Shown here: positions 36,767 through 45,836 of the stretch, in pieces
How the letters are laid out: each line of letters begins with the position of its first letter
How positions within the stretch are numbered: position 1 is the first letter of the stretch
Assembly (NCBI GenBank): GCA_905234655.1
Contig: CAJOJG010000004.1
Location: forward strand, 4,111-68,110
DNA length: 64,000 bases
Source of the DNA: an uncultured Bacteroidales bacterium
GTDB lineage: Bacteria; Bacteroidota; Bacteroidia; Bacteroidales; UBA3824
Direction of reading: 5' to 3'
Made by a program: the position numbers and the translations under genes
Notes under the pieces: model-generated
What the model was told of the DNA's origin: nothing
Seen by the model: the letters and a program-made list of their open reading frames with translations, nothing else
The model's database searches: none

Positions 36767-37789
36767 TTAGCTGATTATTTTGAAGTGTTTCTTGATGAAC
36801 TGCTGTGACATTACGTTTATTTCCTTGTTGAGGAGTTTCTGCTCGGACTTCTCGAGGTTGTAATAGTCTGACGACGAGTCCTTTATGAGGTCTTCGACGA
36901 CATCCTTGGAGTACATGCCGAGGAGTTTGCCGAGGTCTTTGGGCATGGAGACGTGGCCGATGTGGCTGATGACGTTGTTAAGGCGGTTTTCGGTCACGTA
37001 GAGCGATGCCTTGGCGACGAGAGTGTTAAGTTCCTCGGAATATACGGGGTCGACTTTCTGCACTTTTGGCGCGCGCTTAATGCCTTTTTTCTCGGCGAAT
37101 CGCTCGTTCTTGTTCTTTATAAGCACACGCTCGCCGTAGTTTATGTATGTCGGCTCGACGGGGCGGATTACGATGCCTTCGCAGATGTTGTCGTCGATGG
37201 GCGGATAGCCAAGCCACTGCGAGATTTTGCTCGGGAACTTGTTGGGGTATTCCAGGCACTCGGCGAGCGTGCCCTCGAACAGTGTCTTTGCGTATATGAA
37301 ACCGTGCTTTTCGAACAGCTCGTTAGTCTGCTCGACGGTCAGGTAGTGCTTCCCCTCGGGGTGGGCGACGTAGATGTCAAACCCGTAAAACTCGTGGTTA
37401 GGGCAGTAGTAGACGCCTTTTTGGATTGCGCTGAAACGTGTGTCGCGTTTGATGTCCTTGTGCGGGTACGCGCCGCCGAACATCTCGCCGTATATTATGG
37501 CGAACTCGAGGTCTTTGAACATCTTCTGCAAGTCTGCGTAGAGTTTCAGGACTTTTGGCTTGTAGCGTTCGAAGAGTTCCTCGTAGTCGTAGAACTTCTC
37601 GCCGTCCGACAGCAGGTCGGTGCGCTTTGCGAACTTAATCTCGTGGCCGTCGGTGATGAAGCTTGTGTTCGCGCCGTGGACTTTCTCCTGGACGACGTAG
37701 CGGAGAGCGGCAGGTGTCTCGGCTTTCACCTTGTCCACAAACTCGGTGTTGAACGAGTTTTCTATTGAGCTGTATTTCTTAAATTCCAT
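36767..37789 (-). CDS. Rnl2-type ATP-dependent RNA ligase
   Basis: 340 aa. The nucleotidyl-transferase motif I reads VVQEKVHGANTSF (compare T4 Rnl2 EKIHGTN). The size and collinear motifs (IYGEMFGG, LIKNKNERF) fit the Rnl2 family. Its stop lies 1 nt from the Lrp ATG. Confidence 0.75.
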   Translation of the reverse strand: MEFKKYSSIENSFNTEFVDKVKAETPAALRYVVQEKVHGANTSFITDGHEIKFAKRTDLLSDGEKFYDYEELFERYKPKVLKLYADLQKMFKDLEFAIIYGEMFGGAYPHKDIKRDTRFSAIQKGVYYCPNHEFYGFDIYVAHPEGKHYLTVEQTNELFEKHGFIYAKTLFEGTLAECLEYPNKFPSKISQWLGYPPIDDNICEGIVIRPVEPTYINYGERVLIKNKNERFAEKKGIKRAPKVQKVDPVYSEELNTLVAKASLYVTENRLNNVISHIGHVSMPKDLGKLLGMYSKDVVEDLIKDSSSDYYNLEKSEQKLLNKEINVMSQQFIKKHFKIIS

Positions 37790-37893
37790 TGTTTGACAAG
37801 TTTTTTTTCGTTTGCATCAACAAAAATACGAAAACTATTTTTTGAAAACAAATTTTTTCCATAATTTTGTTTTGTTTTTTTGAGGAACACCAA

Positions 37894-39132
37894 ATGAAAT
37901 CACCCAAAATCGCAATCATAGGCGGCGGCGCGTCGGGCTTTTTCTGCGCCGCCAACGTCAAGCAGATGATGCCGAAGGCTGACGTGACGGTCTTCGAGTC
38001 CGGCATACAGCCATTGCGCAAACTCGGAATGACTGGCGGTGGCCGTTGTAATATAACAAACACATTCGCCGCCGTCGACGACCTGCGCATGGCGTATCCG
38101 CGTGGGCATAACCTGATGAAAAAACTTTTCCATGAGTTTGACCACGAGGACACTTTTGAGTGGTTTGCCGGTCATGGCGTGGAACTCTACGCGCAGGACG
38201 ACGGGAGGGTTTTCCCGGTTTCAGAGAGCGCGCAGATGGTCTGTTCGGCATTATTATGCACCGTCAGTGGCCTTGGAGTGTGGCTCATGACGGGTCATAA
38301 GGCCGTTGGGATTAAGAAAATGGAAGATGGGAAATTTTCGGTGATTTTTTCTGACGGCGAATTTGAGGACGGATTTGACGCTGTGGTAGTAGCGACTGGC
38401 GGGTGGTCAAAAGACAGGCTGTACGAATCGTTGGAAACGCTTGGCATAGAGTTAGTTCCGCCAGTCCCGTCGCTGTTTTCCCTGAAGGTTAAGAGTAACA
38501 CTCTCACAAGTCTCATGGGTGCGTCCGTGGAGAGTGCGATTGTCGGAATCCCTGGTCAAAAATTTCGCGGCGATGGTGGCTTGATTGTCACGCATTTTGG
38601 ATTTTCAGGACCGTCGGTGTTGAAACTGTCGTCGTATGCGGCGAGGTTTTTGGCGGATAATAATTATAAATGCGACATCCTTATTAACTGGCTCGGAAAG
38701 ACCGACGAGGAAGTTCGCAATGAGATTTTGGGCATCGCCAATGTCAATCCTCTGAAATCCACCGCCACTGTCCACCCAAAGGGCCTGACGCAGCGGCTTT
38801 GGGAATTTCTGCTTTCGCGGGCTGAAATCGACCCGTCAACGAAATACTGTGAACTCGGGAAGAAGAACCTCAACAAGTTGACCAGCACACTCTCCGCCGA
38901 CTTGTACCACGTCTCGGGGCGCGGGCAATACAAGGACGAATTTGTAACGTGCGGCGGCGTGTCGTTGGATTGTGTAAACTCCAAAACGCTTGAATCAAAG
39001 GTTGTGAAAAATCTCTATTTCACCGGCGAGGCTCTCGACGTGGACGCAATCACCGGCGGGTTCAACCTGCAAAACTGTTGGACGACGGGAATGGTGGTTG
39101 CAAAGGCGATTGTAAAAGAACAAACGAATTAG
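37894..39132 (+). CDS. HI0933/BaiN-like NAD(P)/FAD-dependent oxidoreductase
   Basis: The likely start is MKSPKIAIIGGGASGFFCA at 37894. Contains GGGRCNITN and the C-terminal FTGEALDVDAITGGFNLQ. Confidence 0.85.
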   Translation: MKSPKIAIIGGGASGFFCAANVKQMMPKADVTVFESGIQPLRKLGMTGGGRCNITNTFAAVDDLRMAYPRGHNLMKKLFHEFDHEDTFEWFAGHGVELYAQDDGRVFPVSESAQMVCSALLCTVSGLGVWLMTGHKAVGIKKMEDGKFSVIFSDGEFEDGFDAVVVATGGWSKDRLYESLETLGIELVPPVPSLFSLKVKSNTLTSLMGASVESAIVGIPGQKFRGDGGLIVTHFGFSGPSVLKLSSYAARFLADNNYKCDILINWLGKTDEEVRNEILGIANVNPLKSTATVHPKGLTQRLWEFLLSRAEIDPSTKYCELGKKNLNKLTSTLSADLYHVSGRGQYKDEFVTCGGVSLDCVNSKTLESKVVKNLYFTGEALDVDAITGGFNLQNCWTTGMVVAKAIVKEQTN

Positions 39133-39153
39133 TGCATTGCGCATCGAATTGTG

Positions 39154-39188
39154 CGTTATGCATTATGAATTATGAATTATGCATTGAT
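39154..39188 (+). repeat. Heptamer array, copy B (cgttatg cattatg aattatg aattatg cattgat)
   Basis: Same MATTATG unit family as 13070-13097. It ends 3 nt before the ATG at 39192. Confidence 0.85.
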
Positions 39189-39191
39189 AAA

Positions 39192-39908
39192 ATGAAATAC
39201 GAAATGGAACAAGTGCTTGATTTTCTGAGGGAAATCAAGGTCAACAACAACACAGAATGGATGCACGCCCACCGTGCGGAATACGAGCGTGCGAGAGACA
39301 CTTTCAAGGCGTTGAGCCAGGAAATATTGACCAAAATGCAGGTCATCGACCCATTTTTGCGCGGTCTGGAACTGAAAAACTGCATTTTCCGTTTCAACCG
39401 CGACACCCGTTTTTCGGCGGACAAGGCACCGTACAAGCGGCATTTTGGCGTGTATTACGTGCCGGGCGGCAAGAAGGTGGTCGGCGCGGGCTATTACCTT
39501 CATATCCAGCCGGTTGATAGCGACGACCCCGACCCATTGTTCAGCCGAAGCATGGTTGACATCGGCATCTACATGCCGCCGTCCAAGGCCGCCAAAATCA
39601 TCCGCGAAGAAATCTATTACGGTGGCGGACAGCAACTTGTAGAGTTTTTGTCGCAGAAGAAGGTGAAGCAAACTTTCACCCTCGACAACGCCGACCCCTT
39701 GCGCGTCCTGCCCAAAAACCTCAAGGATTCGCCCTACGACCAGCTAATCCGCATGCGCAACTGGGACATGAGCCGCACCCTGACCGACGAGGAAGTATTG
39801 GCTGACGATTTCGTGGACCGCGTCATCGACATGTTTGCGCTCGGCAAGCCCTGGAACGATTTTTTCAACAATGTCTTGGACGGCGCAGATTTCGAGTCGG
39901 CGTTCTGA
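39192..39908 (+). CDS. DUF2461 / TIGR02453 family protein
   Basis: Contains MKYEMEQVLDFLREIKVNNNTEWMHAHRAEYE..CIFRFNRDTRFSADKAPYKRHFG. The track ORF start at 39078 reads through the repeat element and is unlikely to be real. Confidence 0.8.
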   Translation: MKYEMEQVLDFLREIKVNNNTEWMHAHRAEYERARDTFKALSQEILTKMQVIDPFLRGLELKNCIFRFNRDTRFSADKAPYKRHFGVYYVPGGKKVVGAGYYLHIQPVDSDDPDPLFSRSMVDIGIYMPPSKAAKIIREEIYYGGGQQLVEFLSQKKVKQTFTLDNADPLRVLPKNLKDSPYDQLIRMRNWDMSRTLTDEEVLADDFVDRVIDMFALGKPWNDFFNNVLDGADFESAF

Positions 39909-39929
39909 TGAAGTAATTGTCGCAACCGT

Positions 39930-40083
39930 CGAACCAACCCAAACGATGGTATTTGAGGTTGACATCGTAATAATCGTTGAGATTGTCGATGCCGATTATT
40001 TTCGTGTCGGGCTGTTCGTTAATGATGCGCTTGCAAAGATGCGAGCCGATGAAGCCCGCCGCGCCTGTGATGAGAATTGTCAT
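39930..40083 (-). pseudogene. N-terminal remnant (~50 codons) of an NAD-dependent nucleotide-sugar epimerase
   Basis: MTILITGAAGFIGSHLCKRIINEQPDTKIIGIDNLNDYYDVNLKYHRL is a Rossmann GxxGxxG N-terminus. Homology then ends and the frame runs into the 3' end of the convergent DUF2461 gene. Confidence 0.7.
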
Positions 40084-40094
40084 ATTTTTCAATG

Positions 40095-40122
40095 CATAAT
40101 TCATAATGCATAATTCATAATT
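40095..40122 (-). repeat. Heptamer array, copy C (minus strand: aattatg aattatg cattatg aattatg)
   Basis: Same unit order as copy A. The flanks are also shared (cgccRRatggc upstream, attgaaa downstream). It ends 11 nt before the epimerase-remnant ATG at 40083. Confidence 0.9.
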
Positions 40123-40136
40123 GCCATTCGGCGTTT

Positions 40137-40320
40137 TCAAACCCGTCTTATCCACGCCCCCGGCACATACGCCGTCGCATATCTTCCCACGCCCTGCAAT
40201 TCCACGAATACCCTTTTCTGATGCTTGTATTTCATCACAATGCCCTCGACCCCAGCGAACGGCCCGCCGATGACAACCACGCGGTCGCCGGTCAAGAGTG
40301 TTTTTTTTAGTGGCGTGTTG
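40137..40320 (-). pseudogene. C-terminal (KOW) remnant of a UpxY/NusG-like capsule-locus antiterminator
   Basis: ..LLTGDRVVVIGGPFAGVEGIVMKYKHQKRVFVELQGVGRYATAYVPGAWIRRV matches the UpxY C-terminal pattern (GD.V.V..GPF.G.EG.V....RV.V.L.G...ATAY.P). The N-terminal NGN domain is missing. Confidence 0.65.
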
Positions 40321-40358
40321 CACTCAAAAAAAGTGTCGCCTGATGTTGTTTGAAAAAA

Positions 40359-40374
40359 TATTTTTGTATTTTTG
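40359..40374 (+). promoter_or_regulatory. Two tandem putative -7 boxes for metA
   Basis: TATTTTTG TATTTTTG, 29-37 nt upstream of the ATG at 40403. Confidence 0.45.
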
Positions 40375-40402
40375 CATCGTATTAAATGAAAAGGAGGTAA
40401 TA

Positions 40403-41320
40403 ATGCCGCTGACAATTCCTGACAAACTTCCGGCAATAGAATTGCTGAAGAAGGAGAATATCTTTGTGATTGACAATTCAAGAGCCAACTCGCAGGACAT
40501 CAGGCCCTTGAAGATTGCCATTCTTAATCTCATGCCCATAAAGGAGACTACTGAGACTGACTTGCTGCGTCTGTTGAGCAACTCGCCGCTCCAGATTAAC
40601 ATAGATTTCATAAAGCTCCGCAGCCATGTCTCGAAGAACACTCCGATAGAGCACATGCAGCAGTTCTACCTCTATTTTGACATTGTTAAAAAGCGGAAGT
40701 ACGATGGACTGATTGTGACAGGTGCGCCTGTGGAACAGTATGAGTACGAGCAGGTTAATTATTGGAGCGAACTCACTGAGGTCTTCGACTGGGCGCGGAC
40801 TAATGTCACTTCAAAGATGTTCATCTGCTGGGGCGCGTGTGCCGCTCTGTACCATTATTATGGGATTCCGAAGCATGACACTTACGAGAAGGTTTTCGGC
40901 GTATTCAAGCACAATGTCCTCGAGCCGTTGAACCCGATTTTCAGAGGGTTTGACGATGTGTTCTATGTCCCTCATTCAAGGCACACGGAGATTGTGGCGG
41001 AGGATGTGGACAAGGTTCCGGAGATAAAAATCATGGCGTCGAGTGTCGATGCCGGGCTGTACATGATGATGGCCAAGGGTGGGCGTGAGCTCTATCTCAC
41101 TGGCCATGCGGAGTACAATGCGCGCACGCTTGACGCTGAATATAAGCGTGACCTCCAGAAGGGGCTGCATATCGACATTCCTAAAAACTACTATCCATAC
41201 GACGATCCCGACCTCGACCCGCTCGTAAGGTGGCGGTCTACGGCTAACCTCATGTTTTCCAACTGGTTGAACTATTTTGTATATCAGGAGACACCGTATA
41301 ATATTGATGATATTAAGTAG
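40403..41320 (+). CDS. metA: Homoserine O-acyltransferase (MetA family)
   Basis: Contains MPLTIPDKLPAIELLKKENIFV, IRPLKIAILNLMP.K..TE and GLIVTGAPVE. The track ORF start at 40298 is upstream of the promoter boxes. Confidence 0.92.
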   Translation: MPLTIPDKLPAIELLKKENIFVIDNSRANSQDIRPLKIAILNLMPIKETTETDLLRLLSNSPLQINIDFIKLRSHVSKNTPIEHMQQFYLYFDIVKKRKYDGLIVTGAPVEQYEYEQVNYWSELTEVFDWARTNVTSKMFICWGACAALYHYYGIPKHDTYEKVFGVFKHNVLEPLNPIFRGFDDVFYVPHSRHTEIVAEDVDKVPEIKIMASSVDAGLYMMMAKGGRELYLTGHAEYNARTLDAEYKRDLQKGLHIDIPKNYYPYDDPDLDPLVRWRSTANLMFSNWLNYFVYQETPYNIDDIK

Positions 41321-41344
41321 CTTCTTTTTAAGACCACACATCAC

Positions 41345-41390
41345 AAAAAAATCCCCGACGTCCGTAAGTTTGGCCGGCGGGGATTTTGTT
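41345..41390. terminator. Bidirectional terminator between metA and clpB
   Basis: AAAAAA-ATCCCCG..[loop]..CGGGGAT-TTTGTT. Confidence 0.5.
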
Positions 41391-41414
41391 ATCAAAAAAA
41401 GCTATGGAAGGATT

Positions 41415-44000
41415 CTATTCAAAAACAATCTCGCTGCGCTGCATGTGGGCGTGGATTTGGGGCTTTTTGCCGACTTTGCCCGAGATGAGGTCGGTGGCGA
41501 GTTTGTTGAGGATTTCCTTTTGGATGACGCGCTTGACGGGACGCGCACCAAATTCGGGTTCGTAGCCCAGCTCGGCAATCCAGTCGAGGACGTCGTCGTC
41601 GAGGATTATCTCGAGGCCTTGCTCTTTGAGGGCCTTGTTGACGCCGCGCATCTGTATCTTGACCACTTCCGCTATCTGTTCCCTCGTGAGCGGCGAGAAG
41701 ATTACGGTCTCGTCGATACGGTTGAGGAACTCGGGGCGGATGGTGTTTTTCAAGAGGTCGAGCACCTCGTTTTTGGTGGCCTCAAGGACTTGTTCGCGGT
41801 TGGTGTCGTTGATGTCCTCCATGTTCTTGCGGATGAGGTCGCTGCCGAGGTTCGAGGTCATTATTATGATGGTGTTCTTGAAATTGACCGTCCTGCCCTT
41901 GCCGTCGGTAAGTCGCCCGTCGTCAAGCACTTGCAGAAGGATGTTGAACACGTCGGGGTGCGCCTTTTCGATTTCGTCGAGAAGGATTACGGAATACGGC
42001 TTGCGGCGCACGGCTTCTGTGAGCTGGCCTCCCTCGTCGTAGCCAACGTAGCCGGGGGGCGCGCCGATGAGCCTCGTTACCGCAAAACGCTCCTGGTATT
42101 CGCTCATGTCGATGCGCACCATGAGGTTTTCGTCGTCGAAGAGGAACTCCGCCAACGCCTTCGCCAGTTCGGTCTTGCCGATGCCGGTGGTGCCGAGGAA
42201 GATGAACGAGCCGATGGGTTTCTTGCTGTCTTGAAGCCCCGCGCGGCTGCGGCGCACTGCGTCGGCGATGACGTTGATGGCGTTGTCTTGGCCTACGACG
42301 CGCTTGTGAAGCTCTTTTTCGAGGTTGAGAAGTTTTTCCTTCTGGGTCTGCAACAGTTTGGTGAGCGGGATGCCGGTCTGTCGGCTTACTATCTCCGCAA
42401 TGTCCTCATAGCCAATCTCTTCCTTGATGAGCGCGGAATCCGACTGGGTCTGTTGAAGTTTTGATTTGAGCTCCTCGATCTGATGCTCCGCGCTCTGGAT
42501 TTTGCCGTAGCGAAGTTCGGCGACAAGCCCGTAGTCGCCGTTGCGCTCGGCGTTGGCGGCCTGCGTCTTGAAGGATTCGATTTCGTTTTTGATGTCCTGC
42601 ATCTGTTTCACGAGGTTCTTCTCCTCCTGCCACTTGGCGTTGAGCTGGGCGCGTTGCTCGTTGAGGTCGGCGAGGATTTGGGCGTTCTTTTGGATTTTGG
42701 TCTCGTCGCCCTCGCGCTTGATGGCCTCGCGCTCTATCTCGTACTGGCGGATTTTGCGGTTGACTTCGTCAAGAGGCTCGGGGACAGAGTTCATCTCGAT
42801 GCGCAGTTTTGCCGCGCTCTCGTCGATGAGGTCGATGGCTTTGTCGGGCAGGAAACGGTCTGATATATAGCGGTTTGAGAGTTCCACGGCGGCTATTATC
42901 GCCTCGTCCTTGATTCGTATCTGGTGGTGGCTCTCGTAGCGTTCTTTCAGGCCACGCAGTATCGAGATGGCGTCCTCGACGTTTGGCTCGTCGATGAGCA
43001 CGGGCTGGAATCGACGCTCCAACGCCTTGTCTTTTTCAAAGTATTTTTGGTACTCGTTGAGGGTGGTCGCGCCGATGGCTTTGAGTTCGCCACGGGCAAG
43101 GGCGGGTTTGAGGATGTTGGCGGCGTCCATCGCGCCCTCGCCGCCGCCCGCACCTACAAGGGTGTGGATTTCGTCGATGAACAGGATGATTTCGCCGTCG
43201 GATTCGGTTACTTCCTTAATGACGGACTTGAGGCGTTCCTCAAATTCGCCTTTGTATTTTGCGCCCGCGATGAGCGCGCCCATGTCGAGCGAGTAGAGGG
43301 TCTTGGACTTGAGGTTTTCGGGTACGTCGCCGTTTACGATTCGATGCGCAATTCCCTCTGCGATAGCGGTTTTGCCCACGCCAGGCTCGCCGACGAGTAT
43401 CGGGTTGTTTTTGGTGCGGCGGCTCAGGATTTGAAGTACGCGGCGGATTTCCTCGTCGCGGCCGATGACAGGGTCGAGTTTGCCTTTGAGCGCCTGGGCG
43501 TTGAGGTTGACGGCGTATTTGGCGAGGCTCTGGTAGGTGTCTTCCGCCGACTGCGCCGTTACTTTCTGTCCGCCACGCAGTTCCTTGATTGCAAGGTCGA
43601 GGTCTTTGGCGGTGAATCCGCTGTCTTTCATCATTGCCGACACGTCGTCGCCGGCGTTGAGCATCGACTGGTAGATGTGCTCGATTGAGACGTACTGGTC
43701 GCCGTTTTTCTCAGCCGCCGACTGCGCTTCAAGAAGCACTTTCTGGGTGTTGCTACTCAGGAACGGGTCGCCGCCCTGCACTTTGGTATATCGGGAACAG
43801 ATGGCCTCCAAGGCTTTTTGGAAGGTGCCAATGTTGATGTTCAACTTCCTGAAAATGAAGTTGGTGATGTTTCCGTCGGCCTTCATAATCGCCGTCAAGA
43901 GGTGCCCCGTCTCGATTGCCTGGCATCCCGAGCGTTGGCTCAGGGCGACGGCCTCCTGGACGGCTTTCTGACTTTTGATTGTAAACTTGTCGAAATTCAT
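41415..44000 (-). CDS. clpB: ATP-dependent chaperone ClpB
   Basis: 861 aa with a Clp N-domain, two AAA+ modules ([10 protein letters not shown]; [15 protein letters not shown]) and a long coiled-coil middle domain. Confidence 0.97.
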   Translation of the reverse strand: MNFDKFTIKSQKAVQEAVALSQRSGCQAIETGHLLTAIMKADGNITNFIFRKLNINIGTFQKALEAICSRYTKVQGGDPFLSSNTQKVLLEAQSAAEKNGDQYVSIEHIYQSMLNAGDDVSAMMKDSGFTAKDLDLAIKELRGGQKVTAQSAEDTYQSLAKYAVNLNAQALKGKLDPVIGRDEEIRRVLQILSRRTKNNPILVGEPGVGKTAIAEGIAHRIVNGDVPENLKSKTLYSLDMGALIAGAKYKGEFEERLKSVIKEVTESDGEIILFIDEIHTLVGAGGGEGAMDAANILKPALARGELKAIGATTLNEYQKYFEKDKALERRFQPVLIDEPNVEDAISILRGLKERYESHHQIRIKDEAIIAAVELSNRYISDRFLPDKAIDLIDESAAKLRIEMNSVPEPLDEVNRKIRQYEIEREAIKREGDETKIQKNAQILADLNEQRAQLNAKWQEEKNLVKQMQDIKNEIESFKTQAANAERNGDYGLVAELRYGKIQSAEHQIEELKSKLQQTQSDSALIKEEIGYEDIAEIVSRQTGIPLTKLLQTQKEKLLNLEKELHKRVVGQDNAINVIADAVRRSRAGLQDSKKPIGSFIFLGTTGIGKTELAKALAEFLFDDENLMVRIDMSEYQERFAVTRLIGAPPGYVGYDEGGQLTEAVRRKPYSVILLDEIEKAHPDVFNILLQVLDDGRLTDGKGRTVNFKNTIIIMTSNLGSDLIRKNMEDINDTNREQVLEATKNEVLDLLKNTIRPEFLNRIDETVIFSPLTREQIAEVVKIQMRGVNKALKEQGLEIILDDDVLDWIAELGYEPEFGARPVKRVIQKEILNKLATDLISGKVGKKPQIHAHMQRSEIVFE

Positions 44001-44131
44001 GGTCTTTCGTTTTTTTGTTGTTTTTTCTGATTAGGTGGGTTGCAATAGGCTTGCCAAAGTGGATTTTATGACAAGATGGCAGGGATTGGCGGCGAGATGG
44101 CAGATGTGGGATGTCAGAATGGCGGAAAGAG

Positions 44132-44410
44132 TTAATTTTTTCCAAACAATTCCGAATGAGAACCAAGCCTCACCAATTCGACAATGTTGTTTTTTTCGTC
44201 AATCCAAATCAGAAGGAAATCACCTTGTATATGACATTCCATGCAGCCATTATATTTGCCGTGAAGCATGTGCGGCTGATATTCGGCAGGTATTGCCTGT
44301 TCATTTTGAAGCATTTCCAAAACTTCTTGAAGTGCTTTTATTTTGTTTGGATTGTTCTTAAACCTTTTGTAGTCTTTCCTATATTGTGTTGTAGGTTGAA
44401 GTGTTCTCAT
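44132..44410 (-). CDS. Type II toxin, YafQ/RelE family
   Basis: 92 aa. Contains QYRKDYKRFKNNPNK, HMLHGKYNGCMECHIQGDFLLIW and LVRLGSHSELF. A 4-nt overlap links it to the upstream gene. Confidence 0.85.
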   Translation of the reverse strand: MRTLQPTTQYRKDYKRFKNNPNKIKALQEVLEMLQNEQAIPAEYQPHMLHGKYNGCMECHIQGDFLLIWIDEKNNIVELVRLGSHSELFGKN

Positions 44411-44661
44411 TCCTCTGCGTCAAGGTCTTTAAAAAGTTCTTCCACACTATTGTATATTTTGTTCGGATTGTTGCCTGATATCGCTTCTTCAATAGCCGCC
44501 TTTGTAACCGCATTCGGTTCATTATAGACATCATCGAGAAGAACTGTCTCTACGTAGTAATTAAGCGACCACTTTCTGCGAGCCGCTTTTTCTTTTAGCA
44601 TATCCAAAAGGTCTGTCCTCAGACGAAAAGATGTTGGTTTTCTGATAGTTGCTGTTGCCAT
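44407..44661 (-). CDS. Cognate antitoxin (RHH-like)
   Basis: The likely start is MATATIRKPTSFRLRTDLLDMLKEKAARRKWSLNYYVETVLL at 44661. Confidence 0.65.
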   Translation of the reverse strand: MATATIRKPTSFRLRTDLLDMLKEKAARRKWSLNYYVETVLLDDVYNEPNAVTKAAIEEAISGNNPNKIYNSVEELFKDLDAEE

Positions 44662-44950
44662 TTTGTGTTGATTTGATTGCAAATATAATGCAGTTGCCCG
44701 AGAATCCAAAATTTTTGTGAAAAATTTTTCATTTTCTTCCCATAAAACTCGCCCTCGTCCGCTTTGATACTGCCGTGCTGGATGTCGCTAAGAGGACCGA
44801 GTTTGCTTGTCCACAGAACATTTCGATGCCCGGAGTGAGATTTTTTGTAAAAAATTCGTGGCTTTTTTTGCTGCAATCCAAAATTTTGTATACATTTGCC
44901 ATGCTACTCAAAAATGAAAACGTAAAAATATTTATTACTTTAGGTCGTAA

Positions 44951-45811
44951 ATGATGGAATATTCTATCAAAGAAGTTTCGCAACTGACTGGCATCAAGGA
45001 CTTTACCATACGGATGTGGGAAAAGCGTTATAAGATGTCACTGCCGGAGCGGGGCGACAACAAGGCAAGGAAATACAAAGAAAATGACCTCCATAACCTC
45101 CTGAGAATCGCCGCCCTCATAAAAAGAGGGTTCCGAATCTCGGAAATCATGGGAATGTCGCCGGACGAAGTGTCCGAGAAAATTGGTATGGTATTTGTAC
45201 CTAAAAGGTTAGATTTAAAAATCAACCGTCTTATGAAACTGGCACAGACATTCAGCGACACGGAGTTTGACAAGGAACTCAAGCACGAAATCATCGATTC
45301 GGGGCTTGAGGCGGCTATAGCAAACGTCATCATACCGATGATGGAGGCTATGGAAGCCAAGTACATACAGAACGCCGACTATCTGGCGGTCAAGCAGTTC
45401 GCCTACGACACGATACGCCGCAGGCTCATCGTCGCCGCAGATGTCGAGGAGCAGGAACAAGGGGAGAAGGTTCTCGTGTTCTCGCCGATGCAGGACAGCA
45501 GCGAACTGTCGTTGCTCATAACGGACTATATGATAAAGAAATACAAGAAGACGCCCATCTACTGCGGCGATAATGTCAAAATCGCACAGGCTAAGGCGGC
45601 TTTCCAAAAGTCCGATTGCGGGAGCATATTCATGGTCGGGCATTTCTATGATTCGACCGAAGACCTCGCGCCGCTGCTCGATTCGTTCTCGAAGATTGAG
45701 TGCGACACTAAGATTGTGTTGGACAGAAACGCCGCCAGTCATGCCGCCGAATACCCGACATTGAAGTTCCTGCAAACTTTTGACGACTTGAAGAAACAGT
45801 TGCAAAATTAA
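44951..45811 (+). CDS. MerR-family transcriptional regulator with a B12-binding-domain-like C-terminal half
   Basis: The N-terminal MerR HTH reads YSIKEVSQLTGIKDFTIRMWEKRY..RKYKENDLHNLLRIAALIKRGFRISEI. The C-terminus resembles the helical-bundle plus Rossmann layout of CarH/LitR-type sensors. Confidence 0.7.
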   Translation: MMEYSIKEVSQLTGIKDFTIRMWEKRYKMSLPERGDNKARKYKENDLHNLLRIAALIKRGFRISEIMGMSPDEVSEKIGMVFVPKRLDLKINRLMKLAQTFSDTEFDKELKHEIIDSGLEAAIANVIIPMMEAMEAKYIQNADYLAVKQFAYDTIRRRLIVAADVEEQEQGEKVLVFSPMQDSSELSLLITDYMIKKYKKTPIYCGDNVKIAQAKAAFQKSDCGSIFMVGHFYDSTEDLAPLLDSFSKIECDTKIVLDRNAASHAAEYPTLKFLQTFDDLKKQLQN

Positions 45812-45836
45812 AGACGAAGTTTTTTAAAGAGAAAAT

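Noticed and set aside
39078-39191. N-terminal extension of the DUF2461 ORF (track start 39078). Similar extensions occur at 58839 (giant protein), 54385 (lipoprotein), 33229 (FprA), 35318 (serpin), 40298 (metA) and 37867 (flavoprotein).
   Set aside because: The extensions read through repeat elements, promoter boxes or the neighbouring gene, and they lack family homology. In each case an internal Met gives the canonical N-terminus, signal peptide or lipobox.
44619-44983. Two overlapping minus-strand ORFs (84-85 aa) in the gap upstream of the YafQ-type TA pair. One contains ..KLGPLSDIQHGSIKADEG.., faintly like an XRE HTH.
   Set aside because: There is no clear start context, the ORFs overlap each other and the MerR gene start, and the resemblance is too short. 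At most this is a degraded remnant.
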